Assembly: GCA_000999025.1 (NCBI GenBank)
Contig: LCFM01000005.1
Span: forward strand, 71,087-135,086
DNA: 64,000 nt
Source of the DNA: Parcubacteria group bacterium GW2011_GWA2_43_13
Lineage (GTDB): Bacteria > Patescibacteriota > Patescibacteriia > UBA9629 > GWA2-43-13
Reading direction: 5' to 3'
Part shown: in pieces, positions 11,530-21,452 of the stretch
Numbering within the stretch: position 1 is the first letter of the stretch
Layout of the letters: every line of letters begins with the position of its first letter
Notes under the pieces: model-generated
What the model was told of the DNA's origin: nothing
What the model saw: only the letters and a program-made list of their open reading frames with translations
Database searches by the model: none
Program-made: the position numbers and the translations under genes

Positions 11530-12708
11530 ATGAAAAAGTTTTTTATTTTAGGGAATCATCCAGAGATTTCTCGGACTGAGCTTGAAGCAGTTAATAGACG
11601 AGATGGGCTTGATTTTGTGTTTTCTCATGTTTCACCGGCAGTGACGTTTGCTGATTGCGATGCAACTCATGCCCCTGATCCTGTATTGCTTATGAGAAGG
11701 TTGGCTGGCGTGGTAAAAGTTGGAACTATTATTGACGAAGTGAAGGAGATAGACGATGTTCCCGCCCTTGCTATGACAGTTTTACCAGAGGATGGCCATA
11801 AAGTGTTTTTGGGTATCAGCATATATGATGCAGGCGCGCCGGCATATGGGATACGAAAAAAACAAAAAGAGATTGGAATGGCAATAAAAGAATTAGCAAG
11901 ACGAAAAGAGATTTCTTTGCGGTTTGTGGTATCGCGCGAGCCAACACTTTCTTCTGTTGTTGTTGCAAAAAATCATTTATTAGATCGTGGCGCTGAAATT
12001 GTTTTATTTGCAACACGCCATTCTTTATTGGTTGGGAAAACAGAAGCAGTTCAGGAATTTGAAGCATATGGTGATCGTGATTTTTCTCGACCTGCTCGGG
12101 ACGCTCAATCAGGAATGCTTCCGCCGAAACTTGCTCATATCATGGTCAATCTTTCAGAATGTCCGTATACTAAAACTATCCTTGATCCGTTTTGCGGGTC
12201 CGGAACAATTCTTCAAGAGGCGCTCATGATAGGGTATACGCATGTTATCGGCACGGATCAATCATCAAAAGCCGTTGCTGATACGCAAAGAAATATTGAT
12301 TGGATGAGAGAGAAAAAAATGATTTCCGATGTGGTAGTGCGAATTGTGCAGTCAGATATCAACGCTCTTGACTCGTTAGGGTTGAAGGAGATAGGCGCTG
12401 TTGCGTCAGAACCCTATTTAGGCCCTCCATTGAGAGGGAATGAGTCAGAGCAGACAATTCGATCACTATACCGACAGTTGGATGAGCTGTATTCATCTGC
12501 TATTGAAAAGATAAGCCACTGTCTTGATCAGTCCGGCACTGTTGTATGGACACTGCCTGAGCTGATGGGATATGCGTTTGATTGGCCTTTGTTTTGGCGG
12601 GTTATTGAAGTGTGCGGTTTTGAGTATGCATCTTCAGATAGTATGAGGTATCAAAGAAGTAATCAGCACCTTGCTCGTATTATTTATATCTTTACAAAAG
12701 CGCTATGA
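11530..12708 (+). CDS. Putative RNA methyltransferase (Trm11/UPF0020-like)
   Basis: GMLPPKLAHIMVNL, LDPFCGSGT SAM motif, EPYLG motif. Confidence 0.8.
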   Translation: MKKFFILGNHPEISRTELEAVNRRDGLDFVFSHVSPAVTFADCDATHAPDPVLLMRRLAGVVKVGTIIDEVKEIDDVPALAMTVLPEDGHKVFLGISIYDAGAPAYGIRKKQKEIGMAIKELARRKEISLRFVVSREPTLSSVVVAKNHLLDRGAEIVLFATRHSLLVGKTEAVQEFEAYGDRDFSRPARDAQSGMLPPKLAHIMVNLSECPYTKTILDPFCGSGTILQEALMIGYTHVIGTDQSSKAVADTQRNIDWMREKKMISDVVVRIVQSDINALDSLGLKEIGAVASEPYLGPPLRGNESEQTIRSLYRQLDELYSSAIEKISHCLDQSGTVVWTLPELMGYAFDWPLFWRVIEVCGFEYASSDSMRYQRSNQHLARIIYIFTKAL

Positions 12709-13748
12709 CAAAAACACATATTCAAACATTTTCTTTTTTTATGATTTTTAGTATTGTGTCGCTTGCGTTTGTCTGGATATTGCGGTTTTTTGCCGAACCG
12801 TTGTTGTACGCAGCTCTTATTGCTGTTTTTTCGTATCCCCTGTATACGAAGTTGGTTTCGTTGGTCAAAGGGAAACGTGGGCTTGCCGCGCTGTGTTCGA
12901 TTATTGTGTTGTTTGTATTTATTCTTGTGCCATTGAGCGTTATTGCTATTCTGCTTATTCGTGATTCTCTTGTGTTATATGGCGCCGCGCAAGCGCAGGT
13001 TGGACAGTGGTTTTCCGCGTTTGATTTTGCAACATTAAAACGCATGGAAGAAATCTTGCCTCAATCTGTTCAGCAACAGTTGTCAGCCATTGATTGGAAA
13101 TCATCAGTCATTGATGCTGTGCGAGGAGCGACGAGTTTTGTTTTTTCTCAACTCCAGATTGTGACGAAAAATGTTATCGCCATGGTTGGCATGACATTCA
13201 TTATGCTGTACGCGCTATTTCATTTTTATAAAGATGGAGAGCGATGGGTGAAAAAAATTATTCATTATTCTCCGTTAGACGATTCTGATGAACGAGCTTT
13301 TTTTAATAAGTTTATTATGACAGGCAAGGCGACGTTGTTGGGAACAATCGCAATTGGCGCGGTTCAGGGTGCGCTTGGCGCAATTGTGTTTTGGATGCTT
13401 GGCATTACCGCGCCGATTTTTTGGGGATTAGTGATGATGATCCTTTCGATACTTCCAGTTGTGGGCGCCGCTTTTGTATGGGCTCCAGTGGCATTGTTTT
13501 TGGCGATTCAGGGGCAGTGGTTTGGGGCTATATTTTTAGTATTATTTGGGATTTTTATTATCAGTACAGTGGATAATTTTTTAAGACCGATCCTTGTTGG
13601 GAAACAAACAAAAATGAATCCTTTAGTGGTATTGCTTTCAACCTTGGGAGGGATTGCGGTGTTCGGATTTACCGGCATTATTGTCGGGCCAGTGATTGCG
13701 GCTCTTTTTTTGACGGTTATCGAGATTTATGGAAAAAAGTATTTGTAA
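12705..13748 (+). CDS. AI-2E family (PerM-like) transporter
   Basis: Multi-TM; DNFLRPILVG...MNPLVVLLSTLGG...GIIVGPVI signature. Confidence 0.9.
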   Translation: MTKTHIQTFSFFMIFSIVSLAFVWILRFFAEPLLYAALIAVFSYPLYTKLVSLVKGKRGLAALCSIIVLFVFILVPLSVIAILLIRDSLVLYGAAQAQVGQWFSAFDFATLKRMEEILPQSVQQQLSAIDWKSSVIDAVRGATSFVFSQLQIVTKNVIAMVGMTFIMLYALFHFYKDGERWVKKIIHYSPLDDSDERAFFNKFIMTGKATLLGTIAIGAVQGALGAIVFWMLGITAPIFWGLVMMILSILPVVGAAFVWAPVALFLAIQGQWFGAIFLVLFGIFIISTVDNFLRPILVGKQTKMNPLVVLLSTLGGIAVFGFTGIIVGPVIAALFLTVIEIYGKKYL

Positions 13749-13771
13749 ATTGTCATTGATATTTCGTATGA

Positions 13772-14866
13772 TTATGCTCCATGGCGGAAATGCATAACAT
13801 CTCCATCGCAGACAGCATATTCTTTTCCTTCAACGCGAAGTTTTCCTGAATCTTTTGCGCCTTGTTCGCCATTGTATTCAATAAAGTCCTGATACGCGAT
13901 TACTTCCGCGCGGATAAAATATTTTTCAAAATCAGAATGGATTACTCCTGCGGCCTCTGGCGCTTGCGCGCCTTTTTTAATTGTCCATGCCCTGGTTTCT
14001 TTGGGGCCTGATGTAAAAAATGTTATGAGATCGAGGGTCTCGTATGCTTTTTTGATTAAACGATTCAATCCCGTATCATTGAGTCCCAATTCTTTTAGAT
14101 AGACACTGACTTCTTCTTGATCTAATTCTGAAAGTTCTGCCTCAAGTTTTGCGCAGATGGTAAGTCGTGTGTTGTAGAGACGCCCAAGGGGGGCGTCTTC
14201 GTCTGAGACGCCCAAGGGGGGCGTCTCTACAGGTTGTTCATCACTATTATACACTTCAATAATCGGTTTGAGAGTGAGGAGATTATATGGTTTTAAGAGT
14301 ATCTGTTTGTCGTCAGTGAATGGTTGCGATGAAATAGGAGTGCTATTGTTTAAAATGTGTTCAAGGGTTTGAAATAGTTCAAGCTCTTTGAGCGCGTCTT
14401 TATCTCCGGTTCGCGATTTTGCTTCAAGAGTATCAATACGTTTCAGTACAACAGCAAGGTCGGCCATTGCAAGTTCAGTGATGATGGTTTCGCGATCTGA
14501 TTCTGGATCCACTTTTCCTTCCACATGAATAATGTCGTCATTATGAAAATCACGCAATACATGGCATATTGCATCAACCCCTCTGATGTGAGAAAGAAAT
14601 TGATTTCCCAGACCCTCTCCTTTATGCGCGCCTTTGACAAGTCCGGCGATGTCTACAAATTCGATGGTTGTTGGAATGATTTGAGCCGAATGAGATATGT
14701 CTGAAAGTTTTTGAAGGCGATCATCCGGAACGGCAACAACGCCAACATTCGGGTCAATGGTGCAGAATGGAAAATTTTCCACAGCGACTTGTTTTTTTGT
14801 CAACGCGCGAAAAAGTGTTGATTTGCCAACATTGGGAAGTCCGACGATGCCAATTTGAAGAGACAT
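13772..14866 (-). CDS. ychF: Ribosome-binding ATPase YchF with a 19-aa in-frame repeat insertion
   Basis: GIVGLPNVGKST, FCTIDPN, DIAGLVKGA, TGS tail EGKEY; insertion VETPPLGVSDEDAPLGRLY. Confidence 0.97.
   Translation of the reverse strand: MSLQIGIVGLPNVGKSTLFRALTKKQVAVENFPFCTIDPNVGVVAVPDDRLQKLSDISHSAQIIPTTIEFVDIAGLVKGAHKGEGLGNQFLSHIRGVDAICHVLRDFHNDDIIHVEGKVDPESDRETIITELAMADLAVVLKRIDTLEAKSRTGDKDALKELELFQTLEHILNNSTPISSQPFTDDKQILLKPYNLLTLKPIIEVYNSDEQPVETPPLGVSDEDAPLGRLYNTRLTICAKLEAELSELDQEEVSVYLKELGLNDTGLNRLIKKAYETLDLITFFTSGPKETRAWTIKKGAQAPEAAGVIHSDFEKYFIRAEVIAYQDFIEYNGEQGAKDSGKLRVEGKEYAVCDGDVMHFRHGA
14174..14230. repeat. GTAGAGACG REP-like doublet inside ychF (57 bp)
   Basis: gtagagacg-cccaagggggg-cgtct-tcgtctg-agacg-cccaagggggg-cgtctctac. 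Confidence 0.9.
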
Positions 14867-15023
14867 AAGAGAGGAGACAAATAACAGAAACAAAAAACTA
14901 CAAACAAAAAATAGGTAACATAGGTAACAAGAGACACATAATAAATATCACGAGCAGAGATAAAAAGAAAGTGTGGCCATCCTTTTGTCAGTTTAGGGTG
15001 ACGCGTGTTATGATTTAATAACT

Positions 15024-15215
15024 ATGAAAACATCATCAGAATGGCGGCATGATCTTCGAAGCCCACTTACGGCGATAAAGGGCTATGTTGAGTTTTTATT
15101 GGCGGGAGATGACTGTTCATGCGATGATCAGGCGCAGGAATACATTAAGAATGTTCAGAAGGCGACAGAGAGAATGATTGCTCTGTTGGATGGGTGGAAA
15201 GAAGGTGAGGGATAA
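15024..15215 (+). CDS. Stand-alone HisKA/DHp domain miniprotein (63 aa)
   Basis: H-box HDLRSPLTAIKGY plus second helix; no sensor or HATPase domain. Confidence 0.75.
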   Translation: MKTSSEWRHDLRSPLTAIKGYVEFLLAGDDCSCDDQAQEYIKNVQKATERMIALLDGWKEGEG

Positions 15216-15225
15216 TGAAACATGA

Positions 15226-15265
15226 CACCCCCCCCTCCTTTACAATGAGGGGATAAAGGGGAAGG
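15226..15265. repeat. CCCCTCC...GAGGGG family palindrome
   Basis: acccccccctcctttacaatgaggggataaaggggaaggt; resembles copy at 19619. Confidence 0.65.
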
Positions 15266-15296
15266 TATATGTCATTTGGATTTTGTCATTTCGATT

Positions 15297-16460
15297 ATGC
15301 GTATTTACTCTGTATCAGAATGCGTGCGGGAAATTTCTCTTTATCTTGAACAATTGGGCTCGGTTGTTGTAAAAGGAGAGGTTACTGGATTCAGGCGCGC
15401 GCGCAATGGCCAGTTGGTCTATTTTGAACTCAAAGACGAGGGTTCGCGTTTGCTCTGTTTTTGTTTGGGGTATGAACTGCCAATGGATTTGGAAGACGGG
15501 CAAGAAATTCATGTTGTCGGTGTTCCGCAGTTATTTAAAACAACAGGAGGGTTTCATATTCGCGTGCAAGAAGTGCAGTTGATTGGAGAAGGGGCTTTGC
15601 AACAAGCATATCGAAGGTTATTCGAAAGATTAGAGCGCGAGGGATTATTTGCTCAAGAAAGAAAGAGGTCTCTGCCGCGATTCCCTCAAAGGATTGGCTT
15701 GATTACGTCAGAAGATGCCGCGGCGTATAGTGATTTTATGCGTATTCTTAATAACCGATGGAGCGGTGTTGTGGTACGGTTTTATCCCAGTGGCGTACAG
15801 GGGCCGGGCGCTATCCGACAGATTGTCAATGCGATTGAATATATGAATACGCATGAGCAGGTTGATGTTTTAGTACTCACACGCGGTGGCGGATCACTGG
15901 AGGATTTGCAAGTATTCAATAGCGAGGAGGTGGTGCGCGCGGTGATTGCGTCGCGTGTGCCTGTGGTTGTTGGCGTTGGTCATGAGCGAGACACAACGCT
16001 TGCTGATTATGTTGCTGATGTGCGCGCTTCAACGCCTTCTCATGCCGCAGAACGAGTCGTGCCTGACAAGAGCGTTATTGTACAGGAGATGAGTGATAGT
16101 ATTGTTGCGATGCGATGCGCTATTGCGCGACAGGTTACATTCATATCATCTCGCATATCATATCAGTTGAAAGTGTGCGAACGATGGATGTATTCATTTA
16201 TTTCTGCTGTTTCTCAATACGAATATCTTCTTATTATGAAAATGAGATCATTTGCGCGGATGGCATTAGAGCGTGTCGGAGCATTAGATCGTTTGTTGGG
16301 CTCTCTATCGCCACAGAGTGTTTTGGAGCGAGGGTATTCTATTTCTATAGTGGATGGGAAAGGAATCTGCGATCTTGACGCGTCGTTTGAAGGTAAGACA
16401 ATGGTAACGCGTCTTGCAAAAGGGACACTTGATTCAGTTATTCGTCATGTAAAGTTTTAA
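15297..16460 (+). CDS. xseA: Exodeoxyribonuclease VII large subunit
   Basis: YFELKDE, RIGLITS, RGGGSLEDL, GVGHERD, TPSHAAE. Confidence 0.96.
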   Translation: MRIYSVSECVREISLYLEQLGSVVVKGEVTGFRRARNGQLVYFELKDEGSRLLCFCLGYELPMDLEDGQEIHVVGVPQLFKTTGGFHIRVQEVQLIGEGALQQAYRRLFERLEREGLFAQERKRSLPRFPQRIGLITSEDAAAYSDFMRILNNRWSGVVVRFYPSGVQGPGAIRQIVNAIEYMNTHEQVDVLVLTRGGGSLEDLQVFNSEEVVRAVIASRVPVVVGVGHERDTTLADYVADVRASTPSHAAERVVPDKSVIVQEMSDSIVAMRCAIARQVTFISSRISYQLKVCERWMYSFISAVSQYEYLLIMKMRSFARMALERVGALDRLLGSLSPQSVLERGYSISIVDGKGICDLDASFEGKTMVTRLAKGTLDSVIRHVKF

Positions 16461-16469
16461 GTAAACACT

Positions 16470-16694
16470 ATGCCAAAACAACACTTGCAGGAATTTGATT
16501 TTTCTCACGCGTATCATGAGCTCGAGGGGTTAGTGGCGGAATTCGAAAAAGGAGACATTGAGATTAATCAGGCATTGCCAAAATTTGAGCATGGAGTGAA
16601 ATTAGCGCAAGAGTTGAAAAAATACCTTAAAACAGTTGAAAACAAGGTGGAGAAGATTATACAAGAGAATGACAATAACAATGGAGAAGAATGA
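16470..16694 (+). CDS. xseB: Exodeoxyribonuclease VII small subunit
   Basis: FSHAYHELEGLVAEFE...FEHGVKL; follows xseA. Confidence 0.9.
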   Translation: MPKQHLQEFDFSHAYHELEGLVAEFEKGDIEINQALPKFEHGVKLAQELKKYLKTVENKVEKIIQENDNNNGEE

Positions 16695-16766
16695 ACAGTA
16701 CCTCTAATCCCTTGATATAAGAGGGGTGCTTTTCCGCTCTATTAAGCAAAGATAACACTACGAGTG

Positions 16767-16795
16767 TTGACTTTTTTATTATAAAGTGCTATAAT
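16767..16795 (+). promoter_or_regulatory. Sigma70-type promoter
   Basis: TTGACT-17-TATAAT with TGn extension. Confidence 0.7.
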
Positions 16796-16921
16796 TGCAC
16801 GTTCTCTTGGAAATGCTTTTTTACTCTATTGACGAAAAGGGCGCTTTCAAGTAGAGTAATGTGTTGATTAACCGGTGTTTTATGGCTGATCCAGTCATAA
16901 AAGCGGGATTATACCTTATTT

Positions 16922-18469
16922 ATGAATAAACGTATTCGCATTGCAGGTGTTGGTTTTCTGACACTTGCCATAGTTTTTGCAACAATCGCCATGTCAGCGC
17001 CTCGCGGCAGTGCCGCAGAGCGTGTGTATCACGGTGTGTCAGCGACAACTGTGAATGGCCGCGATATTGTTGTACTCTCAAATCAGCAAGGCATTGAAAC
17101 CTTGGAGATCTCAGGCAATAAGCTGATTAAACGCGGTGAAGCAAACCAACCGGGCAATATTATGGTTGGCGTGTATGCGCGCTCTCAAGGATCAAAAGCT
17201 GAAGCGTATGTCGCCGCCGGCCCGAATATCTTGAAATTTGATATTTCAGATATTAATGCGCCAAAAATGGTTGCTTCTAAAGTGTATTTTGGACATGCCT
17301 ATGATGTTCATGCCGCAGGGCAGAGCGATATTGTGTTCGCAGGAACACGGGGCATAACACTGCATGAAGCCGACTCACTTGATCAGTTGAGCAATTATTT
17401 TGTTCAACCGGCGTATGGCGTTGCGCAGATGAAAAGCGGAGCCATGGTTGTAACAACCGATGATGAAGCATTGGTCATTAAAAAGAATGGCGCAATTACT
17501 CATCGCCAGGCATTAAGCGGAAGCGATAAACGATTACGCAAACCATATGCTGATCAATCTGGAAATAGTTATGCGCCTGGTGATGATATGTTTATCAAGG
17601 TTGGAACAGGAGTGAATTTTTCAAACTGGTCAGGGTATACCTATGCCATGTCAGGCGTTGACAGTGAACCGTATGTATATGGCGTGAACGGGTGGGGAGT
17701 GTATAAATTAGGGAAACAGACACTTGCGCTTGATGATTTTACTTCAATCAATGAGCGCGGCGGATGGGCAACAAATGTTACCGCATTCCCGACATCATCT
17801 GGTATTCGCGTTGTTGTTACTGCAAAACAGCAGGTCTATCTGTTGGATGAGCACTTGAACATTTTGGATACCTATACCTATCAACCATATCCATCAACCA
17901 GCGGAGTGGTGGTGTCTCAGGCGGACTCGCAGATTGAATCACCAAAAGGGAAAGCGTTGAGCGCGTGGGTATCATCTCATGATGTTAGATACAATACCTT
18001 TTTTAGCGCATATGGATCAGGTTTTTGGCCAGGAGAAGAAGTGACTGCTGAATTTGGGCCCTATCACCCTGTGCAGTATCCGCAGACGCCAAGTAAAATT
18101 TATCCGAATCCTGACAATGCGTCTGAAATCGGATGGGCTGACGCAAATGGAAATGTGAAAGTGGCGAATATATATGTAAAAGAATTTCCTCTCATGCGAA
18201 CTGATATTTCGAACGTCATGCAGGTAACATTGTATGGTAAGCAATCAGGGTTAACCTATTCAACTAATATCAATGTTCTTCCTGGCGTAAAGCCCGCAGA
18301 AATAAAGAAAGACGAACCAAAGAAAGATGAAACAAAAAAAGTGGTTGAATCAAGCAAGCGGTGCGAACGTACTATTGAAAAGACCACCGAAGAAATTATT
18401 CGCGATGGCAAGAAAGTGGTGATTGAAAAAGTGGTTGAAAAGGAGACCTGCACACAGGAAACAAAATAA
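16922..18469 (+). CDS. Secreted/surface protein, probable beta-propeller region plus Lys/Glu-rich tail
   Basis: Signal peptide ending GSA-AE; repeated beta-strand blades; function unknown. Confidence 0.7.
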   Translation: MNKRIRIAGVGFLTLAIVFATIAMSAPRGSAAERVYHGVSATTVNGRDIVVLSNQQGIETLEISGNKLIKRGEANQPGNIMVGVYARSQGSKAEAYVAAGPNILKFDISDINAPKMVASKVYFGHAYDVHAAGQSDIVFAGTRGITLHEADSLDQLSNYFVQPAYGVAQMKSGAMVVTTDDEALVIKKNGAITHRQALSGSDKRLRKPYADQSGNSYAPGDDMFIKVGTGVNFSNWSGYTYAMSGVDSEPYVYGVNGWGVYKLGKQTLALDDFTSINERGGWATNVTAFPTSSGIRVVVTAKQQVYLLDEHLNILDTYTYQPYPSTSGVVVSQADSQIESPKGKALSAWVSSHDVRYNTFFSAYGSGFWPGEEVTAEFGPYHPVQYPQTPSKIYPNPDNASEIGWADANGNVKVANIYVKEFPLMRTDISNVMQVTLYGKQSGLTYSTNINVLPGVKPAEIKKDEPKKDETKKVVESSKRCERTIEKTTEEIIRDGKKVVIEKVVEKETCTQETK

Positions 18470-18476
18470 TAATACT

Positions 18477-18512
18477 ATTGCTTCGTCACCCAAAGGATGA
18501 CTCGCAATGACA
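18477..18512. repeat. Half copy of GTCATTGCGAG...CTCGCAATGAC element
   Basis: attgcttcgtcacccaaaggatgactcgcaatgaca matches right arm of 54342-54442. Confidence 0.75.
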
Positions 18513-18549
18513 TCTTTTAAGAGCCCGAGATGTGGCTTCTCGACGCATT

Positions 18550-18584
18550 CACCCCGACTCCGCCAGCTGGCGGATGTCGGGGTG
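18550..18584. repeat. CACCCCGAC...GTCGGGGTG hairpin with nested TCCGCCAGCTGGCGGA
   Basis: caccccgac-tccgccagctggcgga-t-gtcggggtg. Confidence 0.85.
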
Positions 18585-18621
18585 TTGTGTTTTTCAGGGG
18601 GGTATGGAAAGATGGGGCGAT

Positions 18622-19602
18622 ATGCAATCAGATATTCAGCCAATGGTTTCCATAGTTATCCTTCATTTTCACGATATCAAAGACACATTGTGGTGTTTAA
18701 AATCGTGTATGGAAATGGAGTATGAAAATTTTCAGGTTGTAGTGGTGTGTAATGGCACGCCTGGGAGTGATTTTGACGTACTCAACAATACGGCATATAC
18801 GCACGCACCATGTTTTGTGGTTCAAAATGAAAAGAACCTTGGATATGCAGGCGGTATGAATACTGGGATTGTTGAATCATTCAAAAATACAGATGTTGAG
18901 TATGTGCTGGTATTGAATAATGATGCCGTGCTTGAAAAAAGTGCAGTATCCGAAATGGTTCAATCAGCTGGCTCTGCAGAAGTTGATATGGTTGCTCCTC
19001 GGTTGGTCGGGCTTAAGTATCCGCATCACACTGAATCCATGGGCATGCAACTCAATCGCGGATGGTTCCCATTTTTGAGAAAATCACAAGATGAACACAT
19101 TTTTTGTCCAAGCGGTGGCGCGGCGCTGTACAGTCGCACTATATTAGAGAAATTGTATACTATTGATGGATATTATTTCGATCCTGACTTTTTTTGTTAT
19201 AACGAAGATGTTGATTTGGGCTGGCGCGCTCGTCGTGCAGGGTTTGGGGTATGCACGGCTGTGAATGCTATTGTGTATCATGAGTGGTCTGGCTCAACAT
19301 CTGTGGGAAGTTCATTTAGCGTGTATCATTCCATGCGCAATGTATGGTGGGTTTTGGTCAAGAATATGGGAAAGGGGGATGTATGGCGGTTTGGCTTATG
19401 GATTGCGTTAATTTGGGCTATTTTTGCCTTGCGATACACATTTTCTTCCCGTATTGGGGCATTTTGGCGCGCCCAGATTGATGGCATAAAAGGTTTTTCT
19501 TTAGCCATTTCAAAGCGAAAAGGGCTATATCCAAATATGTCAGCCGAGCGTTCGCCTCGCTTGATTCCTCGCTATCTTATGCGCCCTGGTGGCAATGATT
19601 AG
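18622..19602 (+). CDS. Glycosyltransferase family 2
   Basis: VSIVILHF, NLGYAGGMNTG, LNNDA, FFCYNEDVDLGWR; start moved past upstream repeats. Confidence 0.9.
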   Translation: MQSDIQPMVSIVILHFHDIKDTLWCLKSCMEMEYENFQVVVVCNGTPGSDFDVLNNTAYTHAPCFVVQNEKNLGYAGGMNTGIVESFKNTDVEYVLVLNNDAVLEKSAVSEMVQSAGSAEVDMVAPRLVGLKYPHHTESMGMQLNRGWFPFLRKSQDEHIFCPSGGAALYSRTILEKLYTIDGYYFDPDFFCYNEDVDLGWRARRAGFGVCTAVNAIVYHEWSGSTSVGSSFSVYHSMRNVWWVLVKNMGKGDVWRFGLWIALIWAIFALRYTFSSRIGAFWRAQIDGIKGFSLAISKRKGLYPNMSAERSPRLIPRYLMRPGGND

Positions 19603-19618
19603 TATAGGTCGTGTCGGT

Positions 19619-19735
19619 ACCCCCTCCTTTACAAGGAGGGGTGGCTCTCCGCAGGAGAGACGGGGTGGTTTTTTATAAGGAGAGAGTAGTGCTTGCCCTG
19701 TCCGTAGCTCGAGGTGAAGTGACGAGGGTGAGGGT
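19619..19735. repeat. CCCCTCC family composite repeat
   Basis: ccccctcctttacaaggaggggtggctctccgcaggagagacggggtggt ... gagggtgaggg. Confidence 0.7.
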
Positions 19736-19805
19736 ATACAAACATTGACAAAATTAGGGCTATATAGTATTATGCCGAGTTCGTAATTTAGCCCTATTTT
19801 GTGAT

Positions 19806-20477
19806 ATGAACAATCGTCTTTTTAGTGTGCAAGATGTGATAAAACCGCTTGTATCGAGTTGGGGAATGCTTGTGCTTGGCACAATGCTTTTTGCGTTGCT
19901 CGTGGTTGGTATTACGCTTATTCAGCCACTGAAATATAGCTCAACGGTTCGGCTTCTTGTGATTCAAAAATCAGACAGCGTTGTTGACCCGTATACATCT
20001 TCTCGCGGAGCGGAAAAAATAGCTCAATTGATTACCCAAATTGTGCATTCTGATTCTTTTATGGAAAAGGTTGTGAGTTCAGGGTTTCAGGTGCGAGATG
20101 ATTATGGTTCTGATCTTGATGCACGGAGAAAAAAGTGGAATAAGACCATTGAAGCGCGGCAGGTTCCGGAAACAGCAATTATTGAATTGTTTGTGTATCA
20201 CATTAGTGTTGAGCAGGCGCGCAATATTGTAAAAGCGGCATCAACTGCATTGCAAACAAAGGCAAGTGAATATCACGGAGCAGGGGAAAATGTGCAGTTG
20301 CGCGAGATTGACGGAGCTGTTGTTTCTCGTTTCCCTATAAAACCAAATGTTATTTTGAATGCTATTGCAGGAGTGATTATTGGGTTGTGTGTAAGCGGTG
20401 GGTTTATTGTCGTGCGCGCGCGAAAACGTGCTGATATGAATGAGGCAGTGCGGATTCGGGTGATGGGGGATGTGTAA
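19806..20477 (+). CDS. Wzz/CpsC-type polysaccharide chain-length determinant
   Basis: Two TMs, PLKYSSTVRLLV, PIKPNVILNAIAG. Confidence 0.85.
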   Translation: MNNRLFSVQDVIKPLVSSWGMLVLGTMLFALLVVGITLIQPLKYSSTVRLLVIQKSDSVVDPYTSSRGAEKIAQLITQIVHSDSFMEKVVSSGFQVRDDYGSDLDARRKKWNKTIEARQVPETAIIELFVYHISVEQARNIVKAASTALQTKASEYHGAGENVQLREIDGAVVSRFPIKPNVILNAIAGVIIGLCVSGGFIVVRARKRADMNEAVRIRVMGDV

Positions 20478-20550
20478 CACACCCCTGTATCCCCTCTCAA
20501 GAGGGGATGTCGTCCGCACTCCCTCCTTGAGGAGGGGTTGGGGGAGGTGT
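20477..20550 (+). repeat. Composite ACACACCCC..CCCCTCTC..GAGGGG..CTCCCTCCTTGAGGAGGG..GGAGGTGT element (intergenic copy)
   Basis: Reverse-complement match to coding copies at 23908-23986 and 25918-25989. Confidence 0.85.
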
Positions 20551-20720
20551 TATTGGGGGGATGCAAATGTGCAGGAATATACAATCGCATATTGGTAATG
20601 TGCCATTGTATATCTCTGCAGAACCGTGTTTGTAAAACGGAAAGCAGGGATTGTTTCATTGACAATTTCGTTTTTTTCGTAACAAGGCGCTTCGCGCGCC
20701 GTCACAAGGAGCAATTTCCC

Positions 20721-21440
20721 ATGATAAAGGGGATCCTTCTCGCTCTCGTGGCGCTCCTCGGAGCGCCGGTCTCGGGGTTCGCCGGCGATTACGCCGGATT
20801 CCTGTTCTCGACCGAGCAAACCCCGTACGACGAGCAATCGTTCGTGTCGGGTGTCTTTCTCGGTACGAAGCAGGAAAGTGGTTTCTCCGGTTCGCTCGCC
20901 GTCGGCGCGTTTCAACCTCTACAGGAGGTGACGCGCCAGAAGTCCGACATCGCGGTGATCCCGCGAGTCGGGTTCTCCTATGGCGCGTTCGCGACGTCGT
21001 TACGGATTTTCGCTTCGCCGAAGAACGCGTACCACGGTACGCTGGGCGGCGAACTCTCGATACCTACGGAATGGCCGATTGATGTCGTCATTGACGGTGG
21101 GTATACGTTCGGATGGGGATTGAACTCCCCTGACGGACGATACCGTCTCGATGGCTTGAGCGTCGGCACTGGTGTCGAGTTCGGCGGCGGGTCTGTACGC
21201 GCTAAAATCCTTGGCACATTCGAGGCATCCAACGCCTCAGTAATGTCCAAGGGCAAGTCGGCGGTTTCCACCGCTCGACACTGGCACGTCGGTCCACAGA
21301 CAATAATCGTGTTTCGACCCGAAGGTTCAAACTGGTGCATTCAGCCCTCGATTGGGGTTGGTGTCATCGGGAAGAACCTGAAGGGAGAGGAACTCGATCC
21401 GGAATTCTCGTTCGGTTTCCGGGTCTTCACCCGGCGGTAA
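20721..21440 (+). CDS. Exported beta-strand-rich protein, outer-membrane beta-barrel-like
   Basis: SD AAGGAG, signal peptide ...SGFA-G, alternating hydrophobic strands, C-terminal FSFGFRVF; GC-rich. Confidence 0.6.
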   Translation: MIKGILLALVALLGAPVSGFAGDYAGFLFSTEQTPYDEQSFVSGVFLGTKQESGFSGSLAVGAFQPLQEVTRQKSDIAVIPRVGFSYGAFATSLRIFASPKNAYHGTLGGELSIPTEWPIDVVIDGGYTFGWGLNSPDGRYRLDGLSVGTGVEFGGGSVRAKILGTFEASNASVMSKGKSAVSTARHWHVGPQTIIVFRPEGSNWCIQPSIGVGVIGKNLKGEELDPEFSFGFRVFTRR

Positions 21441-21452
21441 GGAGTCACGGCG

